The notes under the pieces were generated by a model. It was given only the letters and a program-made list of their open reading frames with translations. It did no database searches and was not told the DNA's origin. Of a DNA stretch of 64,000 bases, positions 40,953 through 52,131 are shown piece by piece. The position numbers and the translations under genes were made by a program. The stretch comes from Methylococcaceae bacterium (lineage in GTDB: Bacteria > Pseudomonadota > Gammaproteobacteria > Methylococcales > Methylomonadaceae), in the NCBI GenBank assembly GCA_947454605.1, contig CANGLL010000001.1:31523-95522 (forward strand), read 5' to 3'. Positions within the stretch are counted from its first letter, which is position 1, and each line of letters starts with the position of its first letter.

Positions 40953-41762
40953 GTGGCAAGAGTAATAGTCGTAACATCTGGTAAAGGCGGTGTTGGTAAA
41001 ACAACTACAAGTGCTGCTATTGCCATGGGACTGGCAAAAAGAGGACATAAAACAGCCGTAATTGATTTTGATGTGGGTTTACGTAATCTAGATTTAATCA
41101 TGGGTTGTGAACGAAGAGTAGTTTATGATTTTGTAAATGTCATCAATGAAGAAGCAACGCTTAATCAAGCTTTAATTCGTGATAAGAATTGTAATTTACT
41201 ATATATATTACCAGCATCACAGACGCGTGATAAAGATGCCTTGAGTCAGGAAGGTGTTGGAAGAGTGCTTGAAGAGTTAAAAAAAGATTTCAAATATATT
41301 GTTTGTGACTCGCCGGCAGGTATTGAGAAAGGAGCGCATTTAGCGATGTATTTTGCTGATGATGCTTTTGTTGTTACTAATCCTGAAGTTTCATCTGTCA
41401 GGGATTCGGATCGTATGTTAGGTATTTTGTCGAGCAAATCAAGACGAGCAGAGCAGAATGAAGAGCCTATTAATGAGTTTTTATTATTAACCCGTTATTC
41501 TCCAGAGCGTGTTAAATTGGGTGAAATGCTTAGTGTTGAAGATGTGCAAGATATTTTGTCATTGCATTTATTAGGTGTTATTCCTGAATCGAAATCTGTA
41601 CTTAATGCTTCCAACTCAGGTACTCCTGTAATTCTTGATGAAAAAAGTGATGCTGGACAAGCATATGCCGATATTGTTGCGCGTTATTTAGGCGAAGATA
41701 GGCCTCACCGATTTATAGACGATAAAAAAGGATTTTTTAGGAATCTTTTTGGGGGTAAATAA
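40953..41762 (+). CDS. minD: Septum site-determining ATPase MinD
   Basis: TSGKGGVGKTT, DVGLRNLD, DSPAGIE, amphipathic C-terminus; GTG 40953 with GAGGA RBS. Confidence 0.97.
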   Translation: MARVIVVTSGKGGVGKTTTSAAIAMGLAKRGHKTAVIDFDVGLRNLDLIMGCERRVVYDFVNVINEEATLNQALIRDKNCNLLYILPASQTRDKDALSQEGVGRVLEELKKDFKYIVCDSPAGIEKGAHLAMYFADDAFVVTNPEVSSVRDSDRMLGILSSKSRRAEQNEEPINEFLLLTRYSPERVKLGEMLSVEDVQDILSLHLLGVIPESKSVLNASNSGTPVILDEKSDAGQAYADIVARYLGEDRPHRFIDDKKGFFRNLFGGK

Positions 41763-42028
41763 TGAGTTTATTAGATTATTTTAAAACGTCTAAAGTTAGC
41801 ACCGCATCTCTTGCAAAAGAAAGATTGCAAATATTAGTTGCGCATGAAAGATCTTCAAAAAATCAACCCTCTTATCTACCAAAATTGCAGAAAGAATTAT
41901 TGGCGGTTATACAGAAATATGTAAACGTGAGCCAAGATGCGATTTCAGTAAGTTTTGAACAGGATGATGATCAAGAAACTTTAGAACTTAACATTACATT
42001 ACCAGATTCACAAGTCAAAGGTATATAA
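41762..42028 (+). CDS. minE: Cell division topological specificity factor MinE
   Basis: MSLLDYF, AKERLQILVAHER, LELNITLP. Confidence 0.96.
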   Translation: MSLLDYFKTSKVSTASLAKERLQILVAHERSSKNQPSYLPKLQKELLAVIQKYVNVSQDAISVSFEQDDDQETLELNITLPDSQVKGI

Positions 42029-42138
42029 GCTCAGTTTTTTCTTGGAGCATTATTAAAGTATTTATTACAAATTAGTAATAAACACGATTATGTTTTCTAA
42101 AACTGGTTGTTCAATTATTCTTTATAGAGGTGATTAAA

Positions 42139-42336
42139 ATGCTTAAATTAATTGGTGATGCTGCCGGTATTGTATGGCAATACCTTGATGCTAATGGACC
42201 TGCAAGTGCGACTAAAATTATTGCTGAAACAGACTTGAATAAAGTAGATGTTCAGCGTGGTATAGGTTGGTTGTTAAGAGAAGATAAATTAAATATTGAG
42301 ATAGTGGGTCGTACTGAAATTATTGCACTCAAATAA
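42139..42336 (+). CDS. Small winged helix-turn-helix protein (DUF2582-like)
   Basis: IGDAAGIVWQYL...GIGWLLREDKL pattern; AGAGG RBS before ATG 42139. Confidence 0.75.
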   Translation: MLKLIGDAAGIVWQYLDANGPASATKIIAETDLNKVDVQRGIGWLLREDKLNIEIVGRTEIIALK

Positions 42337-42344
42337 TATGTCAT

Positions 42345-43691
42345 TTATTTTTTACCCTGCATGCCCTTAATAACATGCAGGGTATATTTTATTATATTTT
42401 TCAGCGTCTTTAATATATCGACAGCTATTTGAGATAGGTAGGGTGTTATTTTTTCAATCAGATTCATTGAGTAGGTATAAAAGCGGTTAATAAAATTAAC
42501 GCTTTGAGTTTTTATTTTTGTTTTTAAACGGGTTAAATTGGTATATTTAATCTTTTTATCTCTTACTCTTCCTGTTTTGCATAACCACCGTAAAATTCCA
42601 GTAACATATAATAAAAAAACACTAATACCACTAAGAAACCAAATTAATCTTCCACTCGCCCCTAGCGCTTCTCCAGTATGCAATGGCCAAATCCAACTTG
42701 CGAATATCTCGCCCCTTGAAAAAAGAGTCGGATTGCGAACTTCTTTAATCTGTCCACTCCATTGATCTACCCATACAGTCGTGTAGGGATGGCGATGATT
42801 AATTTCACTATTTTGACGTAAATTAATTTTATAAACGCCAGTGTCTCCCGCTGGGGTAGTAACTCGCCTTAATTGTGCTTTAGGAAATGGTCCCTGGGCT
42901 ACAAAAGTGGCTGCAGAAAGGCCTGTTGGGTGATTATTGGGTATTGCTGTGCTAATAATCGTAGGCCCAGTTTGACCGTGTTCCATGCCAGATGAACCGG
43001 AAAAGGTTTCTAAAATACTAGGATAACTTAATAAAAATCCAGTGCATGCTAGGACTATTAAACTTATTGAGCTTAATAATCCAAGCCATCGGTGTATATC
43101 AAAAGCGAGTAACATAATTCCATTATGGGGTCTAAACTTCAAAATCTCCTTTATTGTGTTAAGGCTTGGCCACCATAAATATAGACCTGTTAGGCAAGAG
43201 CTTAATAATAATATGCCTAGTATGCCTACTAAACCCCAGCCAAAATTTTCTATGTTCAGTTGTGTATGTATATTTAATAACCATGTTGTAAAAGTGCTCC
43301 CCCAAAATCGACTGCTGACAACTTCCGCTGTATATGGATTTACTGATACCATTAATGGTGCATACAATTGAAAGAAAGTTTCAGAAGGTTTCTCAAACCA
43401 TGCTGTGATCATGCCGTTAGGTGATTGTGGCATTTCTAGAGTCCAAGATCCTGTTTTGTGAGGATGCGCTGCTTTTACAGCAGCATATATTTTATCTAGT
43501 GTTTGATAATTGCCGTGGGGGTTGGTGATGATTAGCTCAGGGTTTAATAATAAATCAATATCCGCGCGGTAAATACTTAAGCTACCAGATAATCCAATTA
43601 AAGAAAAAAATAACCCAACACTAAGTGCTAAGTAAAGGTGAGCTTTCAATAAGTTAGAACGATTGAGGAGGCGAGTAAATAGAAAGCGCAT
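42345..43691 (-). CDS. PepSY-associated TM helix domain protein
   Basis: HLYLAL, VSVNPYT, LLNIHTQL, TGLYLWWP, DIHRWLG, WPLHTGEALG: the conserved TM histidines of the family. Confidence 0.9.
   Translation of the reverse strand: MRFLFTRLLNRSNLLKAHLYLALSVGLFFSLIGLSGSLSIYRADIDLLLNPELIITNPHGNYQTLDKIYAAVKAAHPHKTGSWTLEMPQSPNGMITAWFEKPSETFFQLYAPLMVSVNPYTAEVVSSRFWGSTFTTWLLNIHTQLNIENFGWGLVGILGILLLSSCLTGLYLWWPSLNTIKEILKFRPHNGIMLLAFDIHRWLGLLSSISLIVLACTGFLLSYPSILETFSGSSGMEHGQTGPTIISTAIPNNHPTGLSAATFVAQGPFPKAQLRRVTTPAGDTGVYKINLRQNSEINHRHPYTTVWVDQWSGQIKEVRNPTLFSRGEIFASWIWPLHTGEALGASGRLIWFLSGISVFLLYVTGILRWLCKTGRVRDKKIKYTNLTRLKTKIKTQSVNFINRFYTYSMNLIEKITPYLSQIAVDILKTLKNIIKYTLHVIKGMQGKK
42353..42392 (+). terminator. 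Hairpin inside the 3' end of the PepSY gene; probable terminator for the wHTH/min transcript
   Basis: Perfect 11-bp inverted repeat TACCCTGCATG-N10-CATGCAGGGTA followed by TATTTT. Confidence 0.5.
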
Positions 43692-43910
43692 AAAGGTATC
43701 ATCAGGGTAATATTAACAGAATATTATCCCATAGAGAGGATTGAATTGTATGTACTGAATACCGCGGGTGTGTTTTGTGATTCAGAATACAATTGTAAAT
43801 AAACGCTATGCGAGAGTTTTTACAGGATGAGTTTTTTATAATGAAATTCGCACGAATGTTTGCATACAGATAAAATAAGTTTTTTAAAGTTGACTCATGG
43901 GGTCGTAGTG

Positions 43911-44876
43911 ATGAGAGTTAAGTTCTTTTTCTTAGGGCTGTTTTTAAGTGTGGCTGGCGTTAGTAACGCGTTTGAGAAAACGACCATTCGAATTGGTGTG
44001 CAAGCTTTGGGGACTTTAGAATGGGAGCTGCAGGTTTTGAAAACGGATCCGGTTTTAAACAATGTTGAATTTGAAGTGCAGGTCACCTCATTAGCTAATG
44101 CCGAAGCTGGCAAGATTGCATTGCAGGCAGGTGCTGTGGATATTATTGTTTCTGATTGGATTTGGGTGTCAAGTATCAGGGCAACTGGGGGTGATTTGGC
44201 TTTTTACCCCTACTCAAATACAGCGGGTGCTTTAGTCGTTCCAGAAAATAGCTCGATTCATAGCTTAGAGGATCTTAAGGGTAAGCGTTTAGGGGTTGCT
44301 GGTGGTGAGTTGGATAAAAATTGGTTGTTATTGCAAGCGTTGTCACAAAAAGAAAAATTACACTTAACTGAATCTGTCGAGAAAACTTTTGCAGCGCCAC
44401 CTTTACTTAATGAGCAAATTAAACAAGATCGCTTAGATGCGATTCTTACCTATTGGCACTTTGCAGCTCGATTAGAAGCGCAGGGTTATCGTAAAATTAT
44501 AGATGGTAGTCAAATTTTGGAAGGTTTAGGCATAAAGCTAAATGTTCCGAGTTTGGGTTATGTTTTTAAACGAGGGTGGGGGCAGGCACATAAAGTTGCG
44601 CTAAATAATTTTTTTAAAGCAACAAAGCAAGCAAAGTCACAGATTTGTTCTCAAGATGCTGTTTGGCAAAGCATTGTTCCGTTAACGCATGTGGATGATG
44701 CGCAAACTTTGGCATTATTACGTCAGCGTTATTGTCAAGGTGGCGTTGATAATTGGGGTAACGCAGAGCAACAAGCTGCCGATGATATCTATCAGTTATT
44801 GCGAAGTGTAAGTCAAAATAAATTAACCGGTAATGCTGAACACATAAAGGCTGGAACCTTCTGGGTTGAAAATTAA
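43911..44876 (+). CDS. ABC transporter substrate-binding protein, NitT/TauT type (methylotroph/PQQ-ADH-associated subfamily)
   Basis: Signal peptide; GTLEWEL, IVSDWIWV, GVAGGELDKNWLLL, APPLL, YWHFAARLE. Confidence 0.8.
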   Translation: MRVKFFFLGLFLSVAGVSNAFEKTTIRIGVQALGTLEWELQVLKTDPVLNNVEFEVQVTSLANAEAGKIALQAGAVDIIVSDWIWVSSIRATGGDLAFYPYSNTAGALVVPENSSIHSLEDLKGKRLGVAGGELDKNWLLLQALSQKEKLHLTESVEKTFAAPPLLNEQIKQDRLDAILTYWHFAARLEAQGYRKIIDGSQILEGLGIKLNVPSLGYVFKRGWGQAHKVALNNFFKATKQAKSQICSQDAVWQSIVPLTHVDDAQTLALLRQRYCQGGVDNWGNAEQQAADDIYQLLRSVSQNKLTGNAEHIKAGTFWVEN

Positions 44877-45624
44877 TTTGAATATTCATAAGTATTTTTT
44901 GTCGGTTTTATCCTTGCTATTTTTGTTAATCACTTGGCAGGCCTTGGCAGTTTATCTGGATAGCAGTACTTTTCCTATGCCAGTATTAGTGGCTAAGGTT
45001 TTTTGGCAGGCTTGCGTTACTGGACAGTTACCTTATCATTTGGGCATGACTTTGTTGCGCTTAATAGTCAGTTTTTCTATTGCTATGTTATTTGGCTGTG
45101 CAATGGGGATTGCTTTGGGGCGTAATCGGAAATTAGATGCTTTCTTTGATAATTGGTTGGTAATTTTTTTAAATGTGCCTGCTTTAGTAACAATTATTCT
45201 TTGTTATGTATGGTTTGGTTTGGTAGAGTCCGCGGCTATTTTAGCGGTAGTGGTTAATAAGCTACCCAATGTGATTGTTACTATTAGAGAAGGTACTCGG
45301 GCTTTAGATCAAGATTTAATGGATATGGCTCGTTGCTATCGTTTAAGTAAACGTAAAATCTTGTTAGAAATTATCTGGCCACAATTACATCCGTTTGTAA
45401 TGGGAGCAACGCGTTCGGGCTTGGCTTTAATTTGGAAAATTATTTTAGTAGTTGAGTTATTAGGTAGAAGTAACGGCATGGGGTATCAGTTACATTTGTT
45501 TTTTCAGATGTTTGATGTGGCCAGTATTTTGGCTTATACCTTGGCATTTGTTGGCGTTATTCAGTTAATTGAATTGTTGATTTTAAAGCCTTTAGATCAG
45601 CATGCGTTGCGGTGGCGACGATGA
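44866..45624 (+). CDS. ABC transporter permease, NitT/TauT type
   Basis: TM helices, EAA-like loop, WKIILVVELLGRSNGMG. Confidence 0.9.
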   Translation: MKINLNIHKYFLSVLSLLFLLITWQALAVYLDSSTFPMPVLVAKVFWQACVTGQLPYHLGMTLLRLIVSFSIAMLFGCAMGIALGRNRKLDAFFDNWLVIFLNVPALVTIILCYVWFGLVESAAILAVVVNKLPNVIVTIREGTRALDQDLMDMARCYRLSKRKILLEIIWPQLHPFVMGATRSGLALIWKIILVVELLGRSNGMGYQLHLFFQMFDVASILAYTLAFVGVIQLIELLILKPLDQHALRWRR

Positions 45625-46361
45625 GTGCTATTAAAATAGATATTCTTAATAAGAGATTTCCAGGTGTTGGTGAAGCGACTGGGCATTTAGTCATTGAAAA
45701 TTTAAATTTGACGATTAACCCACAAGAGTTTGTGTGTTTGGTTGGACCTTCGGGTTGTGGTAAGACTACCTTATTGAATATTATTGCTGGTTTAGATACC
45801 GATTTTACAGGAGAGATTTCAGTAGGGCAGGTAACTAAAAAGTCAAAGATAGGTGTGGTATTTCAAAATCCGCGCTTATTGGCTTGGCGCACTGTGCGAC
45901 AAAATATTGAATTAGTGCAAGAGCGCTTTCAAAATGCGGAGTTAATTGATGAGTTGTTAGATGTTATGCAATTGACAGCTTTTCAGAATGTTTATCCTGA
46001 GCGTTTATCATTAGGCATGAGTCGCCGCGTGGCTTTAATTAGGGCGTTTGCTGTTAACCCCGATTTATTGTTGATGGATGAGCCTTTTGTGTCGTTAGAT
46101 GCGCCCACCGCAAGACAAGTGCGAGATTTATTATTGTTGCTATGGAAAAAACGGCCACATACCGTTTTATTTGTTACGCATGATTTGCGCGAAGCCATTG
46201 CTTTGGCTGATCGATTGGTGTTTTTATCGGCGGCGCCGATGAGATTTGTTTCTGAAATTGTCGTGCCTATTCCAAGAATAGAACGAAATAATGAGCAAGC
46301 GATTGAAGAATTTCGTCAGCAACTAATGAACGAGTATCCCGCTATAAAACAACTGATATAA
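45621..46361 (+). CDS. ABC transporter ATP-binding protein, NitT/TauT type
   Basis: GPSGCGKT, LSLGMSRR, LLMDEPF, VTHD. Confidence 0.92.
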   Translation: MSAIKIDILNKRFPGVGEATGHLVIENLNLTINPQEFVCLVGPSGCGKTTLLNIIAGLDTDFTGEISVGQVTKKSKIGVVFQNPRLLAWRTVRQNIELVQERFQNAELIDELLDVMQLTAFQNVYPERLSLGMSRRVALIRAFAVNPDLLLMDEPFVSLDAPTARQVRDLLLLLWKKRPHTVLFVTHDLREAIALADRLVFLSAAPMRFVSEIVVPIPRIERNNEQAIEEFRQQLMNEYPAIKQLI

Positions 46362-46370
46362 ACTGAAGAC

Positions 46371-46403
46371 AAAAAAGCCGGAGTTTTAGGCTCCGGCTTT
46401 TTT
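46371..46403. terminator. Bidirectional intrinsic terminator
   Basis: AAAAAAGCCGGAG-TTTTAGG-CTCCGGCTTTTTT between the convergent ABC operon and rpsT. Confidence 0.9.
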
Positions 46404-46424
46404 CAAAGTGAAAGCTTTTATTAA

Positions 46425-46688
46425 TTAAGCAATTGCTTTTACTTTTGAATTCAGTCTGCTTTTACCGCGTGCAGCTTTATTTTTGTGAATAATACCTTTG
46501 TTAACTGCTGAGTCAATAATAGGTACTACAACTTTAAAAGCAGCTTGAGCTTTTTCTTTATCTCCAGCTTTAACTGCTGCAAGAACTTTTTTTACGAATG
46601 TACGTAAGTTGCTACGTTGTCCGGCGTTGCGAATACGGCTTTTTTCCGCTTGTTTCGCGCGTTTTTTAGCTTGTGCTGTATTAGCCAT
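46425..46688 (-). CDS. rpsT: 30S ribosomal protein S20
   Basis: [19 protein letters not shown]. Confidence 0.97.
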   Translation of the reverse strand: MANTAQAKKRAKQAEKSRIRNAGQRSNLRTFVKKVLAAVKAGDKEKAQAAFKVVVPIIDSAVNKGIIHKNKAARGKSRLNSKVKAIA

Positions 46689-46727
46689 AGTGTCTCAATG
46701 TTTTGATGTGTTAGTAAATAGCCCTGC

Positions 46728-46756
46728 ATTATCTTTTTAAATGCTATTATTGTCAA
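46728..46756 (-). promoter_or_regulatory. sigma70 promoter of rpsT
   Basis: Minus strand TTGACA-17 nt-GATAAT followed by GC-rich discriminator GCAGGGC. Confidence 0.7.
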
Positions 46757-46784
46757 CATAAACCTTGTGAAAAAAGGAATTCTC

Positions 46785-48326
46785 TTGAGTCGTCAGCTTC
46801 TTAAATCTACTGCTGTTGTTAGCAGTATGACCTTAATATCTCGTATTCTCGGGTTTGTACGGGATATGTTAATAGCCAGACTATTTGGAGTGGATATAGC
46901 AACAGATGCATTTTTTGTCGCTTTTAAAATACCTAACTTTTTTCGGCGATTATTTGCAGAAGGCGCTTTTGCGCATGCCTTTATACCTATTATAGCCAAC
47001 TATAGAGAGCAGGGCAGTAACCTTGATACGCAGTCATTTATAGATAAGGTAGCTGGCACCATAGCTTTGTTTTTGTTGGGTTTAAGTGTTTTAGGGGTGT
47101 TGTTGGCTCCTGTCATTATATTGATAATAGCGCCAGGTTTTGCTCTGCAAGGATCGCAATTTGAGTTAGCCTGCTTATTATTGAAGATTTGTTTACCGTA
47201 TTTGTTTTTCATCGGTTTAGTTGCGCTTGCGGGTGGGATATTAAATGCTTATGGTCAATTTTTGGTGCCAGCTTTAACGCCTGTTTTTTTAAATATTTGT
47301 ATGATTATAGCCGCTATATGGTGGGCTCCTTTAATGAGCCAGCCAGTTGAAGCGTTGGCTTGGGGGGTCTTTGCGGCAGGTTTAGTGCAATTGTTATTCC
47401 AAGTCCCTTCACTGTTGCGGTTAGGATTGTTGCCAAGATTTAAATGGGGATATAGTGATCCAGAAATAAAGAAAATGCTTCGGTTGTTGGGGCCAGCTAT
47501 TTTTAGTGTTTCGGTGACACAGATTAATTTGTTGTTAGATACCTTAATTGCCTCATTTTTGACTGTAGGTAGTGTATCTTGGTTGTATTATTCTGACCGC
47601 CTTGTGGAGTTCCCTGTTGGATTATTGGGTTTGGCTTTAGGAACTGTTATTTTGCCTCGGTTGGCAAAGAGCTTTGCTTCAAAAGCTCAAGATAATTTTT
47701 CTAATACCCTTGATTGGGGATTGAGGTTGGTTTTATTATTAGGTATGCCTGCCACTATTGGATTAGTGGTATTAGCTGAGCCCATGATTTCGACGCTGTT
47801 TCAGTATAAAGAATTTAGTTTGCAAGATGTTCATAATTCAGCATTAAGTTTAAAAGCTTACGCAGCTGGATTGCTTGGTTATATTGCTATTAGGATTCTA
47901 GTTTCAGGTTTTACTTCTCGTCAGGATATGCAAACACCATTGCGCTATGGATTATGGTCTATGGGCTTAAGTTTGGTTCTGGACATGATCTTGGTATTCC
48001 CATTCGCACATGCCGGGCTTGCTTTGGCAACTTCTTTGGGTGCGTTGGTTAATGCACTCTTGTTATTAGTGAAATTATATAAAGATAAAATTTATTGCCC
48101 TGTGTTGGGTTGGGTTAGCTTTTTTGTGCGTATATTTTTAGCGAGTACAGCCATGTATATAGCATTATATTATTGGGTTGATGTGGATTGGTGGCAACAA
48201 TGGCGCTCTACTGAGCGGGTTATTCAATTAATAAAGTGGATTGTAGTTGGGGTGCTTGTTTACGGTTCTACCTTAGTATTAACTGGTTTAAGGTGGCATC
48301 ATTTGTCGGATGACTGCCGCATTTAA
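46785..48326 (+). CDS. murJ: Lipid II flippase MurJ
   Basis: SRILGFVRD, IPNFFRRLFAEGAF, LYYSDRLVEFP. Confidence 0.96.
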   Translation: MSRQLLKSTAVVSSMTLISRILGFVRDMLIARLFGVDIATDAFFVAFKIPNFFRRLFAEGAFAHAFIPIIANYREQGSNLDTQSFIDKVAGTIALFLLGLSVLGVLLAPVIILIIAPGFALQGSQFELACLLLKICLPYLFFIGLVALAGGILNAYGQFLVPALTPVFLNICMIIAAIWWAPLMSQPVEALAWGVFAAGLVQLLFQVPSLLRLGLLPRFKWGYSDPEIKKMLRLLGPAIFSVSVTQINLLLDTLIASFLTVGSVSWLYYSDRLVEFPVGLLGLALGTVILPRLAKSFASKAQDNFSNTLDWGLRLVLLLGMPATIGLVVLAEPMISTLFQYKEFSLQDVHNSALSLKAYAAGLLGYIAIRILVSGFTSRQDMQTPLRYGLWSMGLSLVLDMILVFPFAHAGLALATSLGALVNALLLLVKLYKDKIYCPVLGWVSFFVRIFLASTAMYIALYYWVDVDWWQQWRSTERVIQLIKWIVVGVLVYGSTLVLTGLRWHHLSDDCRI

Positions 48327-48373
48327 GTGCTTCGCATGATAGAATAAAAATCTTTTTCTCACTAAAAAGAATC

Positions 48374-49315
48374 ATGCAATTAATTAGAGGCTTATCTCAT
48401 TTGGAGTCATTTAAAAATGGCTGTGTTTTGACTATAGGTAATTTTGATGGCGTGCACTTAGGTCACCAGAATGTGATAAAAAAACTGGCTGAAAGAGGAA
48501 AAGTTTTAGACTTGCCAGTGGTAATAATGACTTTTGAAGCTCAGCCCTTAGAATATTTTTTAGGGGATAACGCGCCTTCTCGATTAATGTGTTTACGTGA
48601 AAAAGTACTAGCAATTTCTAAATTACCTGTTGATAACTTATTAATAGTTGGATTTAATCAAAACTTCGCTAACTATGACGCGGAGCAGTTTATTGATAGT
48701 ATTTTAATCAAGAAATTAAACGTTAAGCATGTGGTTGTCGGTGATGATTTTCGCTTTGGCAAAGCTCGACGTGGTAATTTCGCCATGCTTAAAGAAATGG
48801 GCTTGAAACATGGTTTTTCTGTTGAAGATACTGGCACTTATCAATTTGCTGGTTTACGGGTGAGCAGTACGCTGATTAGAGATGCTTTAAATGCGGGTGA
48901 TTTAGTAAAAGCCGAGCAATTATTGGGGCATAATTATTCTATCTGTGGACGCGTTGCCCATGGTGATAAACGCGGTCGCACAATTGGGTTTCCAACGGCT
49001 AATATACAAATGTTTAGAAAAAACACCCCTATCAACGGAGTGTTTGCTGTCACTATGTCAGGAATTGATGGCTTAGTTTTTGAGGGTGTTGCAAATGTAG
49101 GTACGCGCCCTACTGTCGACGGGGGGGCTAAGGTTATTTTAGAAACTTATCTGTTCGATTTTGATAAGGAAATATATGGACGTTATGTAGAGGTACATTT
49201 TCATAAAAAGATTAGGGATGAATTACGATTTGATTCGCTAGAAGAACTAAAAGCCCAGATATTAAAAGATGTGGCTGAGACTAAAAAGATTTTTGCTGAG
49301 ATAAAAAGATTATGA
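48374..49315 (+). CDS. ribF: Bifunctional riboflavin kinase/FAD synthetase
   Basis: [34 protein letters not shown]. Confidence 0.96.
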   Translation: MQLIRGLSHLESFKNGCVLTIGNFDGVHLGHQNVIKKLAERGKVLDLPVVIMTFEAQPLEYFLGDNAPSRLMCLREKVLAISKLPVDNLLIVGFNQNFANYDAEQFIDSILIKKLNVKHVVVGDDFRFGKARRGNFAMLKEMGLKHGFSVEDTGTYQFAGLRVSSTLIRDALNAGDLVKAEQLLGHNYSICGRVAHGDKRGRTIGFPTANIQMFRKNTPINGVFAVTMSGIDGLVFEGVANVGTRPTVDGGAKVILETYLFDFDKEIYGRYVEVHFHKKIRDELRFDSLEELKAQILKDVAETKKIFAEIKRL

Positions 49316-52131
49316 CTGTAGATTATAAAAAGACCCTCAATTTACCGGCTACTGAGTTCCCTATGAAAGGAAACTTAGCGCAACGTGAACCAGAACGCTT
49401 AAAGAAATGGAATGAGGCGGGTTTGTATCAAAAGATCAGGTCAGCTTTTGCAGATCGTCCGCCTTTTATATTGCATGATGGTCCTCCGTATGCAAATGGA
49501 GAAATTCATATTGGCCACGCTGTTAATAAAGTATTAAAAGATTTTATTATTAAGTCTAAGACATTAAGTGGGTTTGATGTGCCTTATGTGCCTGGGTGGG
49601 ACTGTCACGGACTACCTATCGAGTTAATGGTTGAAAAGAAAATTGGCAAAGCTGGCATTAAAGTTTCTCCTGCCGTATTTCGTAAAGCATGTCGTGAATA
49701 TGCCGCAAAGCAAGTCGAAATTCAAAAAGAAGCGTTCATTCGCTTGGGTATTTTAGGTGATTGGCAGAGCCCTTATTTAACAATGGATTTTGGATTTGAA
49801 GCTGATATCGTTAGATCATTGGGTCAAATTGCTAAAAAAGGTCATATTACTGCAGGTGCTAAACCCGTGCACTGGTGTACAGATTGTGGTTCCGCTTTAG
49901 CAGAAGCGGAAGTTGAATATGAAGATAAACATTCGCCGGCTATTGATGTTCGATTTAACGTGGTGGATGAAGCGGCGTTTTTAAGTTCATGTCATCACGC
50001 GCCAGAGCATGAAGGACATGGACCGTTATCAGTAGTTATTTGGACAACTACGCCATGGACATTGCCAGCTAATCAGGCGGTCGCGTTAAATGCAGAACTA
50101 GAATACGTCGTAGTACAAACTGAAACTGAGCGTTTAGTTGTTGCCGAAGCCTTACTAAAAGATACTATGCTACGTTATAGCATAGAGAATTATCACGTAT
50201 TAGCTTATGCCCTGGGGTCGGCTTGGGAGCATCAATTAGTTCAACATCCGTTCTATGATCGTCAAGTACCCATTATTTTAGGCGATCATGTAACAACGGA
50301 TGCGGGAACTGGTGCTGTTCACACAGCGCCAGGTCACGGTCAAGAAGATTATGTGGTGGGTCAAAAATATGGGTTACCTGTAGAAAATCCAGTGGGTGCT
50401 GATGGGGTGTTCTTGGCTAACACTGAGATTTTTGCGGGTCAGCATGTTTTTAATGCGAACGCAAAAGTATTAGAAGTTTTAGAAACCCAAGGAAAACTGT
50501 TACATCATCACGCAATCTTGCACAGTTATCCGCATTGCTGGCGTCATAAAACCCCGATTATTTTTAGAGCCACTGCGCAGTGGTTTATCTCGATGAATAA
50601 AAATCATCTGCGTGATTTAGCGTTAGCTGAAGTTAAAAAAGTAGAGTGGATTCCAGATTGGGGTCAGGCGCGTATCGAAAGTATGTTAGAAGGTCGTCCT
50701 GATTGGTGTATCTCTCGTCAGCGTACTTGGGGTGTGCCGATTACTTTCTTTATTCATAAAGAAACACGAGAATTGCATCCACGCACCGCAGAATTAATTG
50801 AAGCAGTGGCATTACGCATTGAAGAAAAAGGTATAGAAGCGTGGTTTGAATTAGATAAAGCTGAATTATTGGGTGCTGAAGCTGATGATTACGACAAAAT
50901 GTCCGATACCTTGGATGTGTGGTTTGACTCTGGGGTTACTCATGCTTGCGTATTGGCTAAACGTGCGCAATTAACTTATCCAGCTGATTTATATTTAGAG
51001 GGTTCTGATCAGCATCGTGGTTGGTTCCAATCATCATTACTAGCATCGACTGCCATGCATGATGTGGCGCCCTATAAAGCCGTTTTAACCCATGGATTTA
51101 CCGTTGATAAAAACGGTGAGAAGATGTCTAAATCAAAAGGTAATGTCATTCCACCACAAGCGGTTATGAAAAACTTGGGTGCGGATGTATTACGCTTATG
51201 GATTGCATCTTCTGATTATCGCAGTGAAATGCGTGTATCTGATGAGATTCTAGAACGAACCTCTGATGGCTATAGACGCTTAAGAAATACGGCTCGATTC
51301 TTATTATCTAGCATAAACGATTTTAATCCTGCGCAAGACTTAGTGGCAACAGAAGACTTATTGGCCTTAGATCGTTGGTTATTAGATAGAGCCTTTAACT
51401 TGCAAGAAGAAGTTAAAGCGGCTTATGAAACCTATCAATTTCAGCAAATTTTCCAGAAGGTTCATCATTTCTGTGTAATAGATTTAGGTGGGTTTTATTT
51501 GGATATTGTTAAAGACCGTCAATATACGGCTAAAACAGATGGTTTGGCGCGTCGTTCTGCGCAAACGGCTATGTATCATGTCGTTGAGGCTTTAACGCGC
51601 TGGTTGGCGCCTATCATTAGTTATACGGCTGATGAAATTTGGCAGTATATCCCGGGTGAACGCAGTGAGTCCGTATTCTTAGAAACTTGGTATGAGGGTC
51701 TAGTAGCATTGGATGACAATGCGGCTTTAAATCGTGATTTCTGGCAAAAAATAATGTCAGTTAGAACGGCGGTAAGTAAAGAACTAGAGAAGAGTCGTGC
51801 AAAAGGTGATATTGGATCTTCCTTAAATGCCGAGCTTGAGTTGTATGGCAATGCCGAATACTTAAGTGCTTTAAGCCAAGTATCGGGAGAGTTACAGTTT
51901 ATTTTTATAACATCAGCGGCGACTGTTAAGTCTGAACAAGAAGCACCTGTTGATGCGATTAAAACGGAAGTCGAAGGTCTTAAATTAAAAGTATTAGTAT
52001 CAGAGCATCATAAGTGTGTGCGTTGTTGGCATCAGCGCCCCGATGTGGGTGTGCATGCAGAGCATCCAGAGTTGTGTGGGCGCTGCGTTGAAAATATTGT
52101 GGGTGAGGGTGAGCATAGACACTATGCATAA
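49312..52131 (+). CDS. ileS: Isoleucine--tRNA ligase
   Basis: HIGH, KMSKS, WCISRQR, C-terminal CVRC...CGRC zinc site. Confidence 0.98.
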   Translation: MTVDYKKTLNLPATEFPMKGNLAQREPERLKKWNEAGLYQKIRSAFADRPPFILHDGPPYANGEIHIGHAVNKVLKDFIIKSKTLSGFDVPYVPGWDCHGLPIELMVEKKIGKAGIKVSPAVFRKACREYAAKQVEIQKEAFIRLGILGDWQSPYLTMDFGFEADIVRSLGQIAKKGHITAGAKPVHWCTDCGSALAEAEVEYEDKHSPAIDVRFNVVDEAAFLSSCHHAPEHEGHGPLSVVIWTTTPWTLPANQAVALNAELEYVVVQTETERLVVAEALLKDTMLRYSIENYHVLAYALGSAWEHQLVQHPFYDRQVPIILGDHVTTDAGTGAVHTAPGHGQEDYVVGQKYGLPVENPVGADGVFLANTEIFAGQHVFNANAKVLEVLETQGKLLHHHAILHSYPHCWRHKTPIIFRATAQWFISMNKNHLRDLALAEVKKVEWIPDWGQARIESMLEGRPDWCISRQRTWGVPITFFIHKETRELHPRTAELIEAVALRIEEKGIEAWFELDKAELLGAEADDYDKMSDTLDVWFDSGVTHACVLAKRAQLTYPADLYLEGSDQHRGWFQSSLLASTAMHDVAPYKAVLTHGFTVDKNGEKMSKSKGNVIPPQAVMKNLGADVLRLWIASSDYRSEMRVSDEILERTSDGYRRLRNTARFLLSSINDFNPAQDLVATEDLLALDRWLLDRAFNLQEEVKAAYETYQFQQIFQKVHHFCVIDLGGFYLDIVKDRQYTAKTDGLARRSAQTAMYHVVEALTRWLAPIISYTADEIWQYIPGERSESVFLETWYEGLVALDDNAALNRDFWQKIMSVRTAVSKELEKSRAKGDIGSSLNAELELYGNAEYLSALSQVSGELQFIFITSAATVKSEQEAPVDAIKTEVEGLKLKVLVSEHHKCVRCWHQRPDVGVHAEHPELCGRCVENIVGEGEHRHYA

